The position numbers and the translations under genes were made by a program. DNA of 64,000 nucleotides from Hemiscyllium ocellatum (lineage: Eukaryota), in contig NC_083449.1 in the NCBI RefSeq assembly GCF_020745735.1, forward strand, positions 10,576,923 to 10,640,922, given 5' to 3'. Numbering within the stretch: position 1 is the first letter of the stretch; each line of letters opens with the position of its first letter. This document shows, in pieces, positions 28,365-40,474 of the stretch. Below the pieces are notes generated by a model, which worked only from the letters and a program-made list of their open reading frames with translations, did no database searches and was not told the DNA's origin.

Positions 28365-28495
28365 TCCCTTTGTATAGACTGACGGCGTCAGCAATGCTAA
28401 TAAAGGATTGAGGAAAGCCTGGTTTCTGATTGGGTAGTTTACACAGAATAATACCCAAACATTGAGTCTCTCTGATTGGTTAGTGAGATCCAATG
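28365..28495 (-). promoter_or_regulatory. H2B pseudogene promoter (TATA-like, CRE-like, octamer variant ATGCTAAT, CCAAT boxes)
   Basis: Homologous to 63390-63500 upstream of the intact H2B. Confidence 0.7.
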
Positions 28496-29072
28496 TGGAT
28501 ATGCAATGAAATGTGAAATGGATAGTGATTCTGTTCCTGTCAGTCTGACTGAGGGAGATTTGTTTTGTGTCTGTGATACAGAAAGTGACTGTGGTATTGG
28601 CTCGGTTGTTGTGCTGATGCGTTTCTAGCTCCGCATGTCTGTTTCTGTTCCTCTGTATAGGCTGGAATTAACACAGAACTTGCCACTGTGTGAAAAAAAA
28701 TACTCATCCGTTCGAAATTGTGATTACATTTGTTGTCAAGTTACACAAACCACTGGAACCTGACTGTGAGGGTTTTCTCCACTTGGGGTTGATGAAACTC
28801 GTTGTCAATTGCACGGAGTTGAAGAGAAATGAGAATCAAACGTTTCTATGCAATACTTTTCTTGAGTCACGAGTTGAGTCACGTCTTGACTGTGGGATGA
28901 ATGGATTTCTGAGACCTTGACTGATAACTGTGGGCCCAGAGACGTATCGATAACTGTGTGCTTTGAAAATACGTGCAGTGTAACTGAACCACTTTGCTGC
29001 ACTTTTCAATTAAGCGTCTTGCAGTTTCATGCAGGGATTTATAACATTTCTCAGTCTTATATTCTATATATA

Positions 29073-29103
<31 letters not shown>

Positions 29104-29309
29104 GCGTCACTTTAACTTTATATCTGTCGTGTCCTAATTTACACATTTTGCATTAACTCAACATCTGTCCAATGAGGCTCTGGTCCTCCATCTAATAGTC
29201 AGTGTTGTTTCAAGACAGCTTTTATTCTGTAACCATCAAACACTGATGTATGCGGTAAAACGTTACACTATTTGCCAGCCACTTAGAAATATTCCTCCAA
29301 TCTGTGCCC

Positions 29310-29455
29310 CCAGGAGAAAGTGAGAACTGTAGATGCTGGGGATCAGAGGCTTATGCCTAAAATGTAGAGATGAAGGGCTTATGCTTGAAACATCGATTTT
29401 CCTGCTCCTCGGACGCTGCCTGACCTGCTGTGCTTTTCCAGCACCACACTCTCGA
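29310..29455. mobile_element. PLE-derived mini-element with 15-bp TSD
   Basis: TSD CTCCAATCTGTGCCC (29295-29309 / 29456-29470); paralog at about 40695-40840. Confidence 0.7.
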
Positions 29456-30599
29456 CTCCAATCTGTGCCCGTCTGTTTCTGGGATGTATTTTTGTAAACT
29501 CTATTTTACAGTCTTAATGTGTCAGCATGTTACTGGACTGTAACTCAAACCTTCTGAAGTGTACCTTGTTGCTTTACTCTGTCGGTGTCAATTTTGAAAG
29601 TACCGGATACCACTTTGGACAGACTCAGGTAGGGCTCACTACCCTCCACTCCCATACCCTATGAATATCAGCTTCTGCAAATTGAAGTTGGGTTTGTATT
29701 TATAACTGCAGCATTTTGATAAAGGATAATACTTTGTACATTGTTACTGACAATATCTGCAACGTCACTGCTGATGTTACATTGTTTATGCCAGTTTCTA
29801 GCTAATCAATAGTTGTATTATATCCTCACAATTTATTGCTTTGCAGTGACTTAGTATTTAATTCTGTAACTGCCAGTTTATTGTTTCCAATCTTGTATTT
29901 ACTCAGTTTCAGTCAATCACTGGCATGACAGAGAGCAAATATCTGAACAATTCAAAGTTTCTGATGAAATGGATGGTTAATCTTTTTTTTCACTCCATCC
30001 TTGATACATCAGGGTAACTTATAACTGAGTCGATCAGTATGCGATCTGTGAGCACACATATATCAGTAAGTTACAGATAAAGTGTATGGTGAATGATGCC
30101 TCCCAAATCCTGTCATGCAGATACAGTGTATATGCTGTAGTTATTAATTTCTTTCAATCTTGCGTCACTTTCAATATCTCAAAGCAGAAAACCATAAGTA
30201 GCATGAGAATTCTGTGACATTTCTATCTGTCAGTGTGTACTCTGTCATGAGAACAGATCACAAAGGCTTTAGTTATGGTCTTCATCTCATTTTGATGTTT
30301 AGTGCCCATAACCAAAGACTCTCTTATGTATCAAAAAAGATAAATGGCTACATTAGCATAAATTAAGCTGCTAACTCAACCCTAACTGCTCTGTGTGGAA
30401 CAGAACAAGGGGAGAATGTTCTGAATTGCTTTCTTAAACGGAAAGCTTCCTGTTCAAAACTGTGTCCCTTACTTGGGATTCTCTCATGAGCATTGACATA
30501 CTCCCAGCATCAACTCTGTCAACTCCCTTCAGACCATTTTATTTTTGCTCTAAAAGTCACACATTGTTCTTCAAAACTCCAATGAGAATATATAAAACC

Positions 30600-31560
30600 A
30601 TTTCATACTTACAATGTGAGCCGGTGTATCAATCTGCAGCTCTAAGCTTCTGCTATGTGAATATGTGAGTACAGGTATCACCCTGTACCTGTTGGTTTCT
30701 ACTGTGTGAATATGACAGTTTCTGGTCTGTAAATGGGATAGTTTAATCAATCGTCCATGTCAGTTTCTGCATTGTTAAAATGTGAACTTAGTGATCAATG
30801 TCTACCTGCCATCTTCTGCGAAGTGAACATGTGGGGGTCCATATTGAAATGTATCTGTTGTTTTCAGTGACAGGAATGCATGAGTTCAGTTATCATTCTT
30901 TTCCTGTGAGTTTCTTCGATGTGAATGTATTGGTGTAGTTATCCATCTGTCCTGATGAAGGGCTTTTAAACAAAACATCAATTCTCCTGCTCCTTGGATG
31001 CTTCCTGACCTACTGTGCTTTTCCAGCACCACACTCCCGACTCTAATCTCCTGCATCTGCAGTCCTCACCTTCGCCTATCCATTTGTACCTGTCAGTTTC
31101 TGATCTATGAATATGGAAGTGTAGTTATTGATCTGTCCATCAGTTTATGTAATTTGAATATGACTGTCTTGTTATCTATCTCTCCCTGTCAGTTTCTGTG
31201 ATGTGATGATGACGGTCCAATTATCTATCTGCCCCTGTCAGATTCTGCTGTGTGAATATGAGAGTGTCATTACCAGTCTCTACCTGTCAGCTTTTGCTAC
31301 GTCAATGTGATTTTAGTTATCAATCTGCCTCATTAGGTTCCAGTTGAATGTAAAAATGTAGTTATCAATATATACCTGTGAGATTCTGCTCTGGGAATGT
31401 GGGTGTGTTATCAAAATGTACTTGTCAGTTTCTGCAATGTGAATGTGTTTGTGCAATCATCAGTCTATCCCTGACAGCTTCAACTATATGAATGGATGAG
31501 TGCATCTGTACCTGAAAGTATCTGTACCTGTCAGTTTGTGTTCTGTGAATAAGTGAGTGT
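30600..31560 (+). repeat. Degenerate ~47-bp satellite array
   Basis: Consensus approx. TTATCAATCTGTACCTGTCAGTTTCTGCTGTGTGAATGTGAGTGTAG; other arrays at about 255-510, 41230-42330, 48690-49920, 51075-51330 and 52110-52410. Confidence 0.85.
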
Positions 31561-31669
31561 ACTTACACATTTGTCTCTTTTTAACATGACAGAAACTGCA
31601 GGAACTCTATTTACTTCAAATCTCTGTTGCTCAACATGAATAAGATTTTATCTATTGCCATCCATGTCA

Positions 31670-32010
31670 GGGTGGCATAGTGGCACAGTGGTGCCAGGGA
31701 CACAGATTCAATTCCAGCCTTGGTTCATTATCTGCGTGCAGTTTGCACATTCTGTCCATGTCTCCATGAGTTTCCTCTGAGTGCTCCTGACTAGTTGCAT
31801 GGTCCAAACATGCACAGGTTTGCTGGATTAGTCATGGTAAATTGTCCTGTATTATTCAAGGACGTGTCAGTGGGTGAACTGTGGCAAACGTGGAGTTATG
31901 GGGATAGGGTGGGGTCTACATCTGCATGGGATCTGCTTTGGAGAGTTGTTGCAGGGGGATGGGCCAATTACCTCTCTCTGCACTGGAGAAAGTCTATGTA
32001 CTGTAAATGA
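31670..32010 (+). mobile_element. Old degenerate V-SINE (paralog at 42450-42790)
   Basis: GTGGCACAGTGG head and GTTTGCACATTCT V-domain remnant. Confidence 0.7.
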
Positions 32011-32379
32011 AAGTGAGACCGTTTCTGTCATTGTCAGTCTCCACAGTGTAAAGCACTTTGGACAATTTCCACAACTTTTATTCAATGGTACAGTTTTTGA
32101 TTGTAAGTTATATTCTGCATCTGTATTTTGAATTTATTGTTCACATGTTTATAACCAGACCACTTTCTGGGAGCTTTCTCATTCTGTGTCCAATAACCTC
32201 TGGGTATCTGTCTGAATGTGTACCTCTTCATGTCAATATTTGATTTCCCTTTGAACAGGTATGAAGTTTTGGAAAATGTAGGGGGGGTGATGGCTGTTCA
32301 TGCTACGTTCCCCTGAGAATCAAAGTTTCTGGTATTGAGACTGGCTCTAATGCAACGAGGGGTACATTGGCTTCCAAGA

Positions 32380-33235
32380 GATCAATTGTGTGAGGGGATT
32401 CTGTAGTCCGAGGTACAGACAGACGTTTCTGTGGCCAGTAGCGATAAAGCAGAATGGTGTGTTGGGGTTCCCTGTTGCCAGGATCAAGGATGTCTCAGAG
32501 AGGGTGCAGAATATTCTCATGGGGGAAGAGGGGACAGCAAGAGGTCATTGTCCACGTTGGAACCAACATTGGAACTGAGGTGTCAGTGGGGGAGCGACCA
32601 TAATTCTATTAGATTTAAAATAATGATGGAAAAGGATAGACCAGATCTAAAAGTTGAAGTTCTAAATTGGAGAAAGTCCAATTTTGATGGTATTTGGCAA
32701 GAACTTTCGAAAGCTGATTGGAGGCAGATGTTCGCAGGTAAAGGGATAGCTGGAAATTGGGAAGTCTTCAGAAATGAGATAACAAGAATCCAGAGAAAGT
32801 ATATTCCTGTTAGGGTGAAAGGAAAGGCTGGTAGGTATAGGGAATGCTGAATGACTAAAGAAATTGAGGGTTTGGTTAAGAAAAAGAAGGAAGCATATGT
32901 CAGGTATAGACAGGATAAATCGAGTGAATCCTTAGAAGAGTATAAAGGAAGTAGGAGACTACTTAAGAGGGAAAGAATTAAAAGAGACCTAAGGGACAAC
33001 TTTTTCACACAGAGGGTGGTACAGATATGGAATGAGCTGCTAGAGGAAGTGGTAGAGGCTGATACAATTGTAACATTTAAGAGGTGTTTGGAAGGGTATA
33101 TGAATAGGAAGGGTTTGGAGGGATATGGGCCGGGTGCTGGCAGTGGGACTAGATTGGGTTGGGATATCTGGTCGGCATGGACTGATTGGAGCAAAGGGTC
33201 TGTTTCCATGTTGTACATCTCTATGACTCTATGAG
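32380..33235 (+). mobile_element. Internally deleted CR1 (ORF1 esterase piece, APE end, 3' end)
   Basis: GDSVVRGTDRRF, GSDHNSIRF, NFFTQRVVQIWNEL, CTATGA-repeat tail. Confidence 0.85.
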
Positions 33236-33716
33236 ACATAAGGGGCAGTTTTATTTTGAAACAAAGAGAGTGGTAGCACTGGAACACACTGCCAGGGGTG
33301 GAGATGGTGGAAGATAAAATAAGGGTATTGAAAGGACTTTTAGGTAAGCAAATGAATATGTAAGAAATGAAGGGTTATGGACCAAGGGAAGGCAGAAGGG
33401 ATTAATTGCATTTTGGCGGCATGTTCGGCACAACATGGTGCCGAAAACAAATGGAAGGACCCATTCCTGTCCTGTACCATTGGATGTTCAAACTTTAATA
33501 CAGTGTATATTTTGGAAGAGAATTCACTTAAGTTGATTGAAACTGGGTAGGATGCATTTAGAATATAGATTAAAAAATATAAACTTCTGTTCCCTCAGTG
33601 GTGTTTGATTCTTGTTTTGAACATATCTCTCTGGGAATGGAGCTCAATGTGAGTCTGACTCAATCCACTCTGTGACTGTGGAAAGGATGTTCTTCGCTCT
33701 GACAGCAGTAACATAC

Positions 33717-33798
33717 CTGCTGTTTGTTTGAAGCAGCTGGTCACACTTGGCTCTGTACCGAGGGAATTTTACATTGTCTTGGTCCTTTGAGTACTTGC
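33717..33798 (-). other. Putative 82-nt exon, copy C
   Basis: ctcttctgtcttcctccAG|...CAGCAG|GTATGT. Confidence 0.6.
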
Positions 33799-35609
33799 CT
33801 GGAGGAAGACAGAAGAGATACCTGCTGTAAATCAACATCAGTTGTGATTGGCAACATCAATGTAACATTCAGTTCCTCATCATTAAGGTTTTTGTTTGAT
33901 TCCACTCCTGCCCTGAGCTGTTCCTTGTCCATTTTTTCTTAAAATTCTAAGCCCAAAGGAATGAGATCCAGAAACGAAACAACACCCATCCAGCTCCATA
34001 AATGGGGCCTACCTGATGCAAGTGGGTATGTGGATATGAGTTTAGTTATTGATCTGTACCTGTCAGTTCCTACTTGGTGAATGTGTGAGTGTAGTTGTCA
34101 AACTGTAACATTCATTATATGGTCAATATATTTAAATATTCACACTGCAAAGTCTGGCAGGGTCCAATTGATAACTATTGAATCATAAAAATAATACAGC
34201 ACAGAGGGGGCTATTCAGTTCATCTTGTTCATGCCAACCCAAAGACCCCAGATGCCCTTTCTCATCCCATCTTCTTGCCACAGCCCATTGCTTCACATTT
34301 AACAGAACTTGAGGTGCAGTTCCAGGGATTTTTATTTAAAAGACTATGGTCTCTGCCAGTACCACCAAATCAGGCAGCGAATTCCAGATACCCACCACTC
34401 TATGCATAAAAAAAATTTTCCTCACACATCATGTAATCCTACACCACTTCGTTTGAATCAATGATCCCTGGTGTTTGAACTCTCTGCCAAAGGAAACAGG
34501 TTCCTCCTGTGTACTCTAACCTCTCCCCCTCACTCTTTTGTGAAAAATCACACAACACTAGATTTTGGTTCAACAGGTTTATTTGGAAGCACAAGCTTTC
34601 AGAGCTCTGCTCCTTCATTAGTAGCTCACTGTTTAGTATTCACTATTTAATATTCCTTAATCATGGCACCTCTGTTCCAAAGAATATAACCCCAATCTCT
34701 CCAATCTCTCCCGATAACTACAATTCACCAGCCCTGGCAACATTCCAGTAAATCTCCTCTGCACTCTCTCCAGAGCAATGACGTCTTTCCTGTGATGTGG
34801 TGACCCGACTGCACACAATATTCCAGTTGTAGCCTCACCAGTGCCTTATATGGTTTCATTGTTATATCCCAACTTTTGAATTTCATCCCTCTGCCCATGA
34901 AGGAGAGCATTCCATGTGCCTTCTTTACAGCCCCACCTATCTTTAGGGACCCATGCACGTGCACAACAAGATCTCTCACTTACCCTGCCCCCTCAGTATA
35001 TCCCCATTTATTGTCTATTCCCGTTTACTGTTTGATTTCGCAAAATGCATTCCCTGACACTTATCAGAGCTGAACTCCATCGGCCACTTTCCTGCCCACT
35101 CCACCAAACCATCTGTAATACTTTTCAAACTGACAACTATCCTCTACACTATCCACTAAATGGCCAATTTTTGGGTCATCTGCAAATTTCACAAATCTGC
35201 CCACCATATTCAAGTCCAAATCCTTAATGTATAAAACAAACAGCAGAGGTACCAACACTGAGCACCACTTGAAACAACTTTCCATTCACAAGAGCAGCCA
35301 TCAACCATTGCCATTTGTTTCCTGTTATGAAGCCAACTTTGCATCCAATTCACCACATTACCCTGTATCCCACAGCTTTTACTTTTTGAACCAGTCTGCA
35401 GTGATGCTGCTGCTCCTTTAACAAGCCTGTAAAAGTCACAGGCTCGTAAAAGTCACAGGCTCTGAAAAGCCTGACTTGATGGGTTTTAGGGACATTTTAA
35501 TTATAGCTAACAGATAATGCCTCAGGCAAAAGGCTTCCACATTTTTAAATAGAACACTTGTACAAGGGGAGTGGCCCAATTTTCCCAGCTCAGTTTTTCT
35601 CTGGTTTGA

Positions 35610-36111
35610 AGTTTACGAGAAGATTTGTAGCTCGGGTGCTCGTTGTTGTGGTTCTGTTCGCCGAGCTGGGAATTTGTGTTGCAGACGTTTCGTCCCCTGT
35701 CTAGGTGACATCCTCAGTGCTTGGGAGCCTCCTGTGTAGCGCTTCTGTGATCTTTCCTCCAGCATTTGTGGTGGTTTGAATCTGCCGCTTCCGGTTGTCA
35801 GTTCCAGCTGTTCGTTGCAGTGGCCGGTATACTGGTTCCCAGTCAATGTGCTTATTGATTGAATCTGTGGATGAGTGCCACAGATTGGACAAGCCAAACA
35901 GAGAACAGCCAGGGAATTCCTAGAGGCATGGCACTCATCCACAGATTCAATCAATAAGCAGGTCGACCTGGACTCAATATACTACAAATGCCAGAGAAAA
36001 GATCACAGAAGCGCTTCACAGGAGGCTCCCAAGCACTGAGGATGTCACCTAGACAGGGGACAAAATGTATGCAACACAAATTCCCAGCTCGGCGAACAGA
36101 ACCACAACAAC
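35610..36111. mobile_element. PLE fragment with inverted ends inserted in the LTR
   Basis: 14-bp TSD TTTCTCTGGTTTGA (35596-35609 / 36112-36125); GIY-YIG tail AREFLEAWHS. Confidence 0.85.
35681..35720 (-). ncRNA. Minimal type-I hammerhead ribozyme motif
   Basis: GCA-CTGAGGA-T-GTC..GAC-GAAAC-GTC-TGC. Confidence 0.7.
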
Positions 36112-36365
36112 TTTCTCTGGTTTGATTTGGTTTTTGGCTGTCTGGTTATTGACTGAAAGCAGTCAGGCAGTTGAAAAAGCTGCTGAACCCAAAGAAGCAG
36201 GTCTATGCTGGTACTCTCTCTCTGACATCTCTCCTGTAAGACCCTGTGTTTCATTTTATCTTTTTGTGCCAAGGGATGTTTGTGGGGATTGTTGCAAGTA
36301 TTGGGAACAGCATCATTAAGTTGGTATAGTCTGTAGGGTTTTCGGATAGGTTAGGTTATTTAGTA

Positions 36366-38257
36366 GGTAAAACAATGACTGCAGATGCTGGAAACCAGAT
36401 TCTGGATTAGTGGTGCTAGAAGAGCACAGCAGTTCAGACAGCATCCGAGGAGCAGTAAAGTCGACGTTTCGGGCAAAAGCCCTTCATGGTAATAAAGGCA
36501 GAGAGCCTGAAGCGTGGAGAGATAAGCTAGAGGAAGGTGGGGGTGGGGAGAAAGTAGCATAGAGTACAATGGGTGAGTGGGGGAGGGGATGAAGGTGATA
36601 GGTCGGGGGCGGGGAGAGGGTGTAGTGGATAGGTGGAAAAGGAGCTAGGCAGGTAGGACAAGTCATGGGGATAGTGCTGAACTGGAAGCTTGGAACTAGG
36701 GTGAGGTGGGGGAAGGGGAAATGAGGAAACTATTGAAGTCCACATTGATGCCCTGGGGTTGAAATGTTCCGAGGTGGAAGCTGAAGCGTTCTTCCTCCAG
36801 GCGTCTGGTGGTGAGGGAGCAGCGGTGAAGGAGGCCCAGGACCTCCATGTCCTCGGCAGAGTGGGAGGGGGGAGTTGAAGTGTTGGGCCACGGGGCGGTG
36901 TGGTTGATTGGTGCAGGTGTCCCGGAGATGTTCCCTAAAGCGCTCTGCCGAGGAAGCGTCCAGTATCCCCAATGTTGAGGAGACCGCGTCGGGAGCAACG
37001 GATACAATAAATGATATTAGTGGATGTGCAGGTAAAACTTTGATGGATGTGGAAGGCTCCTTTAGGGCCTTAGATGGAGGTGAGGGAGGAGGTGTGGGCG
37101 TAGGTTTTGCAGTTCCTGCGGTGGCAGGGGAAGGTGCCAGGATGGGAGGGTGGGTTGTAGGGGACCTGACCAGGTAGTCACGGAGGGAACGGTCTTTGCA
37201 GAAGGCGGAAAGGGATGGGGAGGGAAATATATCCCTGGTGGTGGGGTCTTTTTGGAGGTGGTGGAAATGTCGGCGGATGATTTGGTTTATGCGAAGGTTG
37301 GTAGGGTGGAAGGTGAGCACCAGGGGTGTTCTGTCCTTGTTACGGTTGGAGGGGTGGGGTCTGAGGGTGGGGGTGCGGGATGTGGATGAGATGCGTTGGA
37401 GGGCATCTTTAACCATGTGGGAAGGGAAATTGCGGTCTCTAAAGAAGGAGGCCATCTGGTGAGTTCTGTGGTGGAACTGGTTCTCCTGGGAGCAGATACG
37501 GTGGAGGCGGAGGAATTGGGACTACAGGATGGCATTTTTGCAAGAGATAGGGTGGGAAGAGGTGTAATCCAGGTAGCTGTGGGAGTCGGTGGGTTTGTAA
37601 AAAATGTCAGTGTCAAGTCGGTCATCATTAATGGAGATGGAGTGGTCCAGGAAGGGGAGGGAGGTGTCAGAGATGGTCCAGGTAAATTTAAGGTCAGGGT
37701 GGAATGTGTTGGTGAAGTTGATGAATTGCTCAACCTCCTCGCGGGAGCACAAGGTGGCGCCAATGCAGTCATCAATGTAGCGGAGGAAGAGGTGGGGAGT
37801 GGTGCCGGTGTAATTATGGAAGATCGACTGTTCTACATAACCAACAAAGAGACAGGCATAGCTGGGGCCCATACGTATGCCCATGGCTATCCCTTTGGTC
37901 TGGAGGAAGTGGGAAGATTTGAAAGAGAAATTGTTAAGGGTGAGGACCAGTTCGGCCAAACGAATGAGTGTGTCGGTGGAAGGGTACTGTTGGGGACATC
38001 TGGAGAGGAAAAAACGGAGGGCTTGGAGGCCCTGGTCATGGCGGATGGAGGTGTAGAGGGATTGGATATCCATGGTGAAGTTGAGGCGTTGGGGGCCGGG
38101 TAAACGGAAGTCTTGGAGGAGGTGGAGGGCATGGGTGGTGTCTCGAACGTATGTGGGGAGTTCCTGGACTAAGGGGGATAGGACAGTGTTGAGGTAGGTA
38201 GAGATAAGTTCAGTGGGGCAGGAGCATGCTGAGGCAATGGGTCAGCCAGGGTGGTCA
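36366..38257 (-). mobile_element. Penelope-like element (RT + GIY-YIG), relatively young
   Basis: MDIQSLYTSI, GIAMGIRMGPSYA, RYIDD, LPFLD, YKPTDSHSYL; 11-bp TSD GTTATTTAGTA (36355-36365 / 38258-38268). Confidence 0.93.
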
Positions 38258-39074
38258 GTTATTTAGTATTTATTCTGTTCTCTTTTAAGATATAGGAACA
38301 TTTGTTTGTGTTTCATTTGATAATCTTGTAAATCAGTTCTGTTTTGTTTAAAATTATGTGGTTTAACCAGTTACATCACTCCTGGGAATATCTGAGTTAC
38401 ACCTGCTTAAAACAACTAGCAAAGTTAGGGTCTGGGCTACTTGAAATGTTTTGAGGGGATCTGGCCTGGCCCATACCAGTTAGGGGGCTCTTTGCAGGAT
38501 TTGTTCTGTATTTCTGATTTGGGATTAGGGTTGTTGGGCTTGAAGGCAGCGAGTGGTAGGCGTTAGTGTCTTTTGTTCCCGGTTTTGAATTCAGTTGGTT
38601 TAAACAGTGTTTGGGAGAGCAATGACTCTTTCAGTCAACAAGAGTTTTCTGCAGGTGGAAGAAGTGATTTGGGGGCTTTTACAAAAAGTAATTAAGGGTT
38701 AGCTTCTGGAAATAGCAGACAATCTGGGATTGAGTCTGCGTCCTACCATGAGGAAAGGAGAGATAATTACAGCAGTAGCTCAGCATTTACATTTGTTGGA
38801 AACACCACCAGAATCTTCAGAGATGGCTAACATTCAATGCAAAATGCAGGAACTTGAGTTAGAGGCAAAAGGGCAACAGAAATGAAATCTTTAGAATTAT
38901 GATTAAATGCAGACGAGAGAGCGAGGAGACAGAGAAAAGGAGAAAAAGGAAAGGAAGAAAGAGAGGGAGTTTGAACTTTGGAAATTGGCATTTAGACAAG
39001 AGTCCAAAAATTCACTTCCTGAAGTAGTGAGAACTCATGTGGAGCCTGACCTTGGTGGTGAACAAGTTGTTGGA

Positions 39075-40412
39075 GGGAATACTGAGGGACAGGTTGTACA
39101 TGTATTTGGAAAGGCAATGACTGATTCAGGATAGTCAACATGGTTTTGTGCATGTGAAATCATGCCTTACAAACTTGATTGAGTTTTTTGAAGAAGTAAC
39201 AAAGAAGATTGATGAGGGCAGAGCAATAGATGTGATCTATATGGACTTCAGTAAGGTGCTTGACAAGGTTCCCCATGGGAGACTGATTTGCAAGGTTAGA
39301 TCTCATGGAATACAGTGAGAACTAGCCATTTGGATACAGAACTGGTTCAAAGGTAGAAGACAGAGGATGATGGTGGAAGGTTGTTTTTCAGACTGGACGC
39401 CTGTGACCAGTGGAGTGCCACAAGGATCGGTGCTGGGCCCTCACTTTTTGTCATTTACATAAATGATTTGGATGCAAGCATAAGAGGTATAGTTAGCAAG
39501 TTTGCAGATGACACCAAAATTGGAGGTGTAGTGGACAGCGAAAAGGGTTACCTCAGATTACAATAAGATCTGGACCAGATGGGCCAATGGGCTGAGAAGT
39601 GGCAGATGGAGTTGAATTCACATAAATGTGAGGTGCTGCATTTTGGGAAAGCAAATCTCAGCAAGACGTATATACTTAATGGTAAGGTCCCAGGGAGCGT
39701 TGCTGAACCAAGAGACCTTGGAGTGCAGGTTCATAGCTTCTTGAAAGTGGAGTCGCAGGTAGCTAGGATAGTGAAGGAAGTGTTTGGTATGCTTTCCTTT
39801 ATTGGTCAGAGTATTGAGTACAGGAGTTGGGAGGTCATTTAGCGGCTGTACAGGACATTGGTTAGGCCACTGTTGGAATATTGCATGCAATGCTGGTCTC
39901 CTTCATATTGGAAAGATTTTGTGAAACTTGAAAGGGTTCAGAAAAGATCTACAAAGGATGTTGCCAGGGTTGCAGGATTTGAGCTACAGGGAGAGGCTGA
40001 ACAGATTGGGGCTGTTTTCCCTGGAATGTCGGAAGCTGAGGGGTGACCTTATAGAGGTTTCAAAAATTAGGAGGGGCATTGATAGGATATATAGGCAAAG
40101 TCTTTTCCCTGGGGTCGGGGAGTCCAGAACTAGAGGGCATAGGTTTAGGTTGCAAGGGGAAAGATATAAAAGAGACCAAAGGGGCAACTTTTTCCACACA
40201 GAGGGTGGTACGTGTATGGAATGAGCTGCCAGAGGAAGTGATGGAGGTTAGTTCAATTGCAACATTTAAGACACATTTGGATCGGTATATGAATTGGAAG
40301 GGTTGGAGGGATATGGGCCAGGTGCTGGCAGGTGGGACTAGATTGGATTGGGATATCTGTTCGGCATGGACAGGTTGGACCGAAGGGTTTGTTTCCATCT
40401 CTATGACTCTAT
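39075..40412 (+). mobile_element. CR1 LINE 3' half
   Basis: SCLTNLIEFFEEV, KFADDTKIGG, RGDLIEV, 3' UTR tail. Confidence 0.92.
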
Positions 40413-40474
40413 GTAGGGATTTATAGCATTTCTCAGTGTTACACGAATACCTGTTAACCAGCAACTGTTAGCAT

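Larger units (their letters stand above)
33245..39045. repeat. Segmental duplicate of 3850-4270 + 7943-11210
   Basis: Same order: CR1 tail, exon module, satellite inversion, hammerhead-like end, CR1(-), Gypsy LTR and gag. Confidence 0.85.

Noticed and set aside
30600-31560. CRISPR array or C2H2 zinc-finger array
   Set aside because: Eukaryotic context, no unique spacers, ~47-bp period (not 84), no Cys/His pattern, many stops
36730-38073. Intact autonomous RT gene or a prokaryotic retron/DGR-type system
   Set aside because: Motifs are Penelope RT/GIY-YIG with stops and frameshifts; every RT fragment in the window is disrupted
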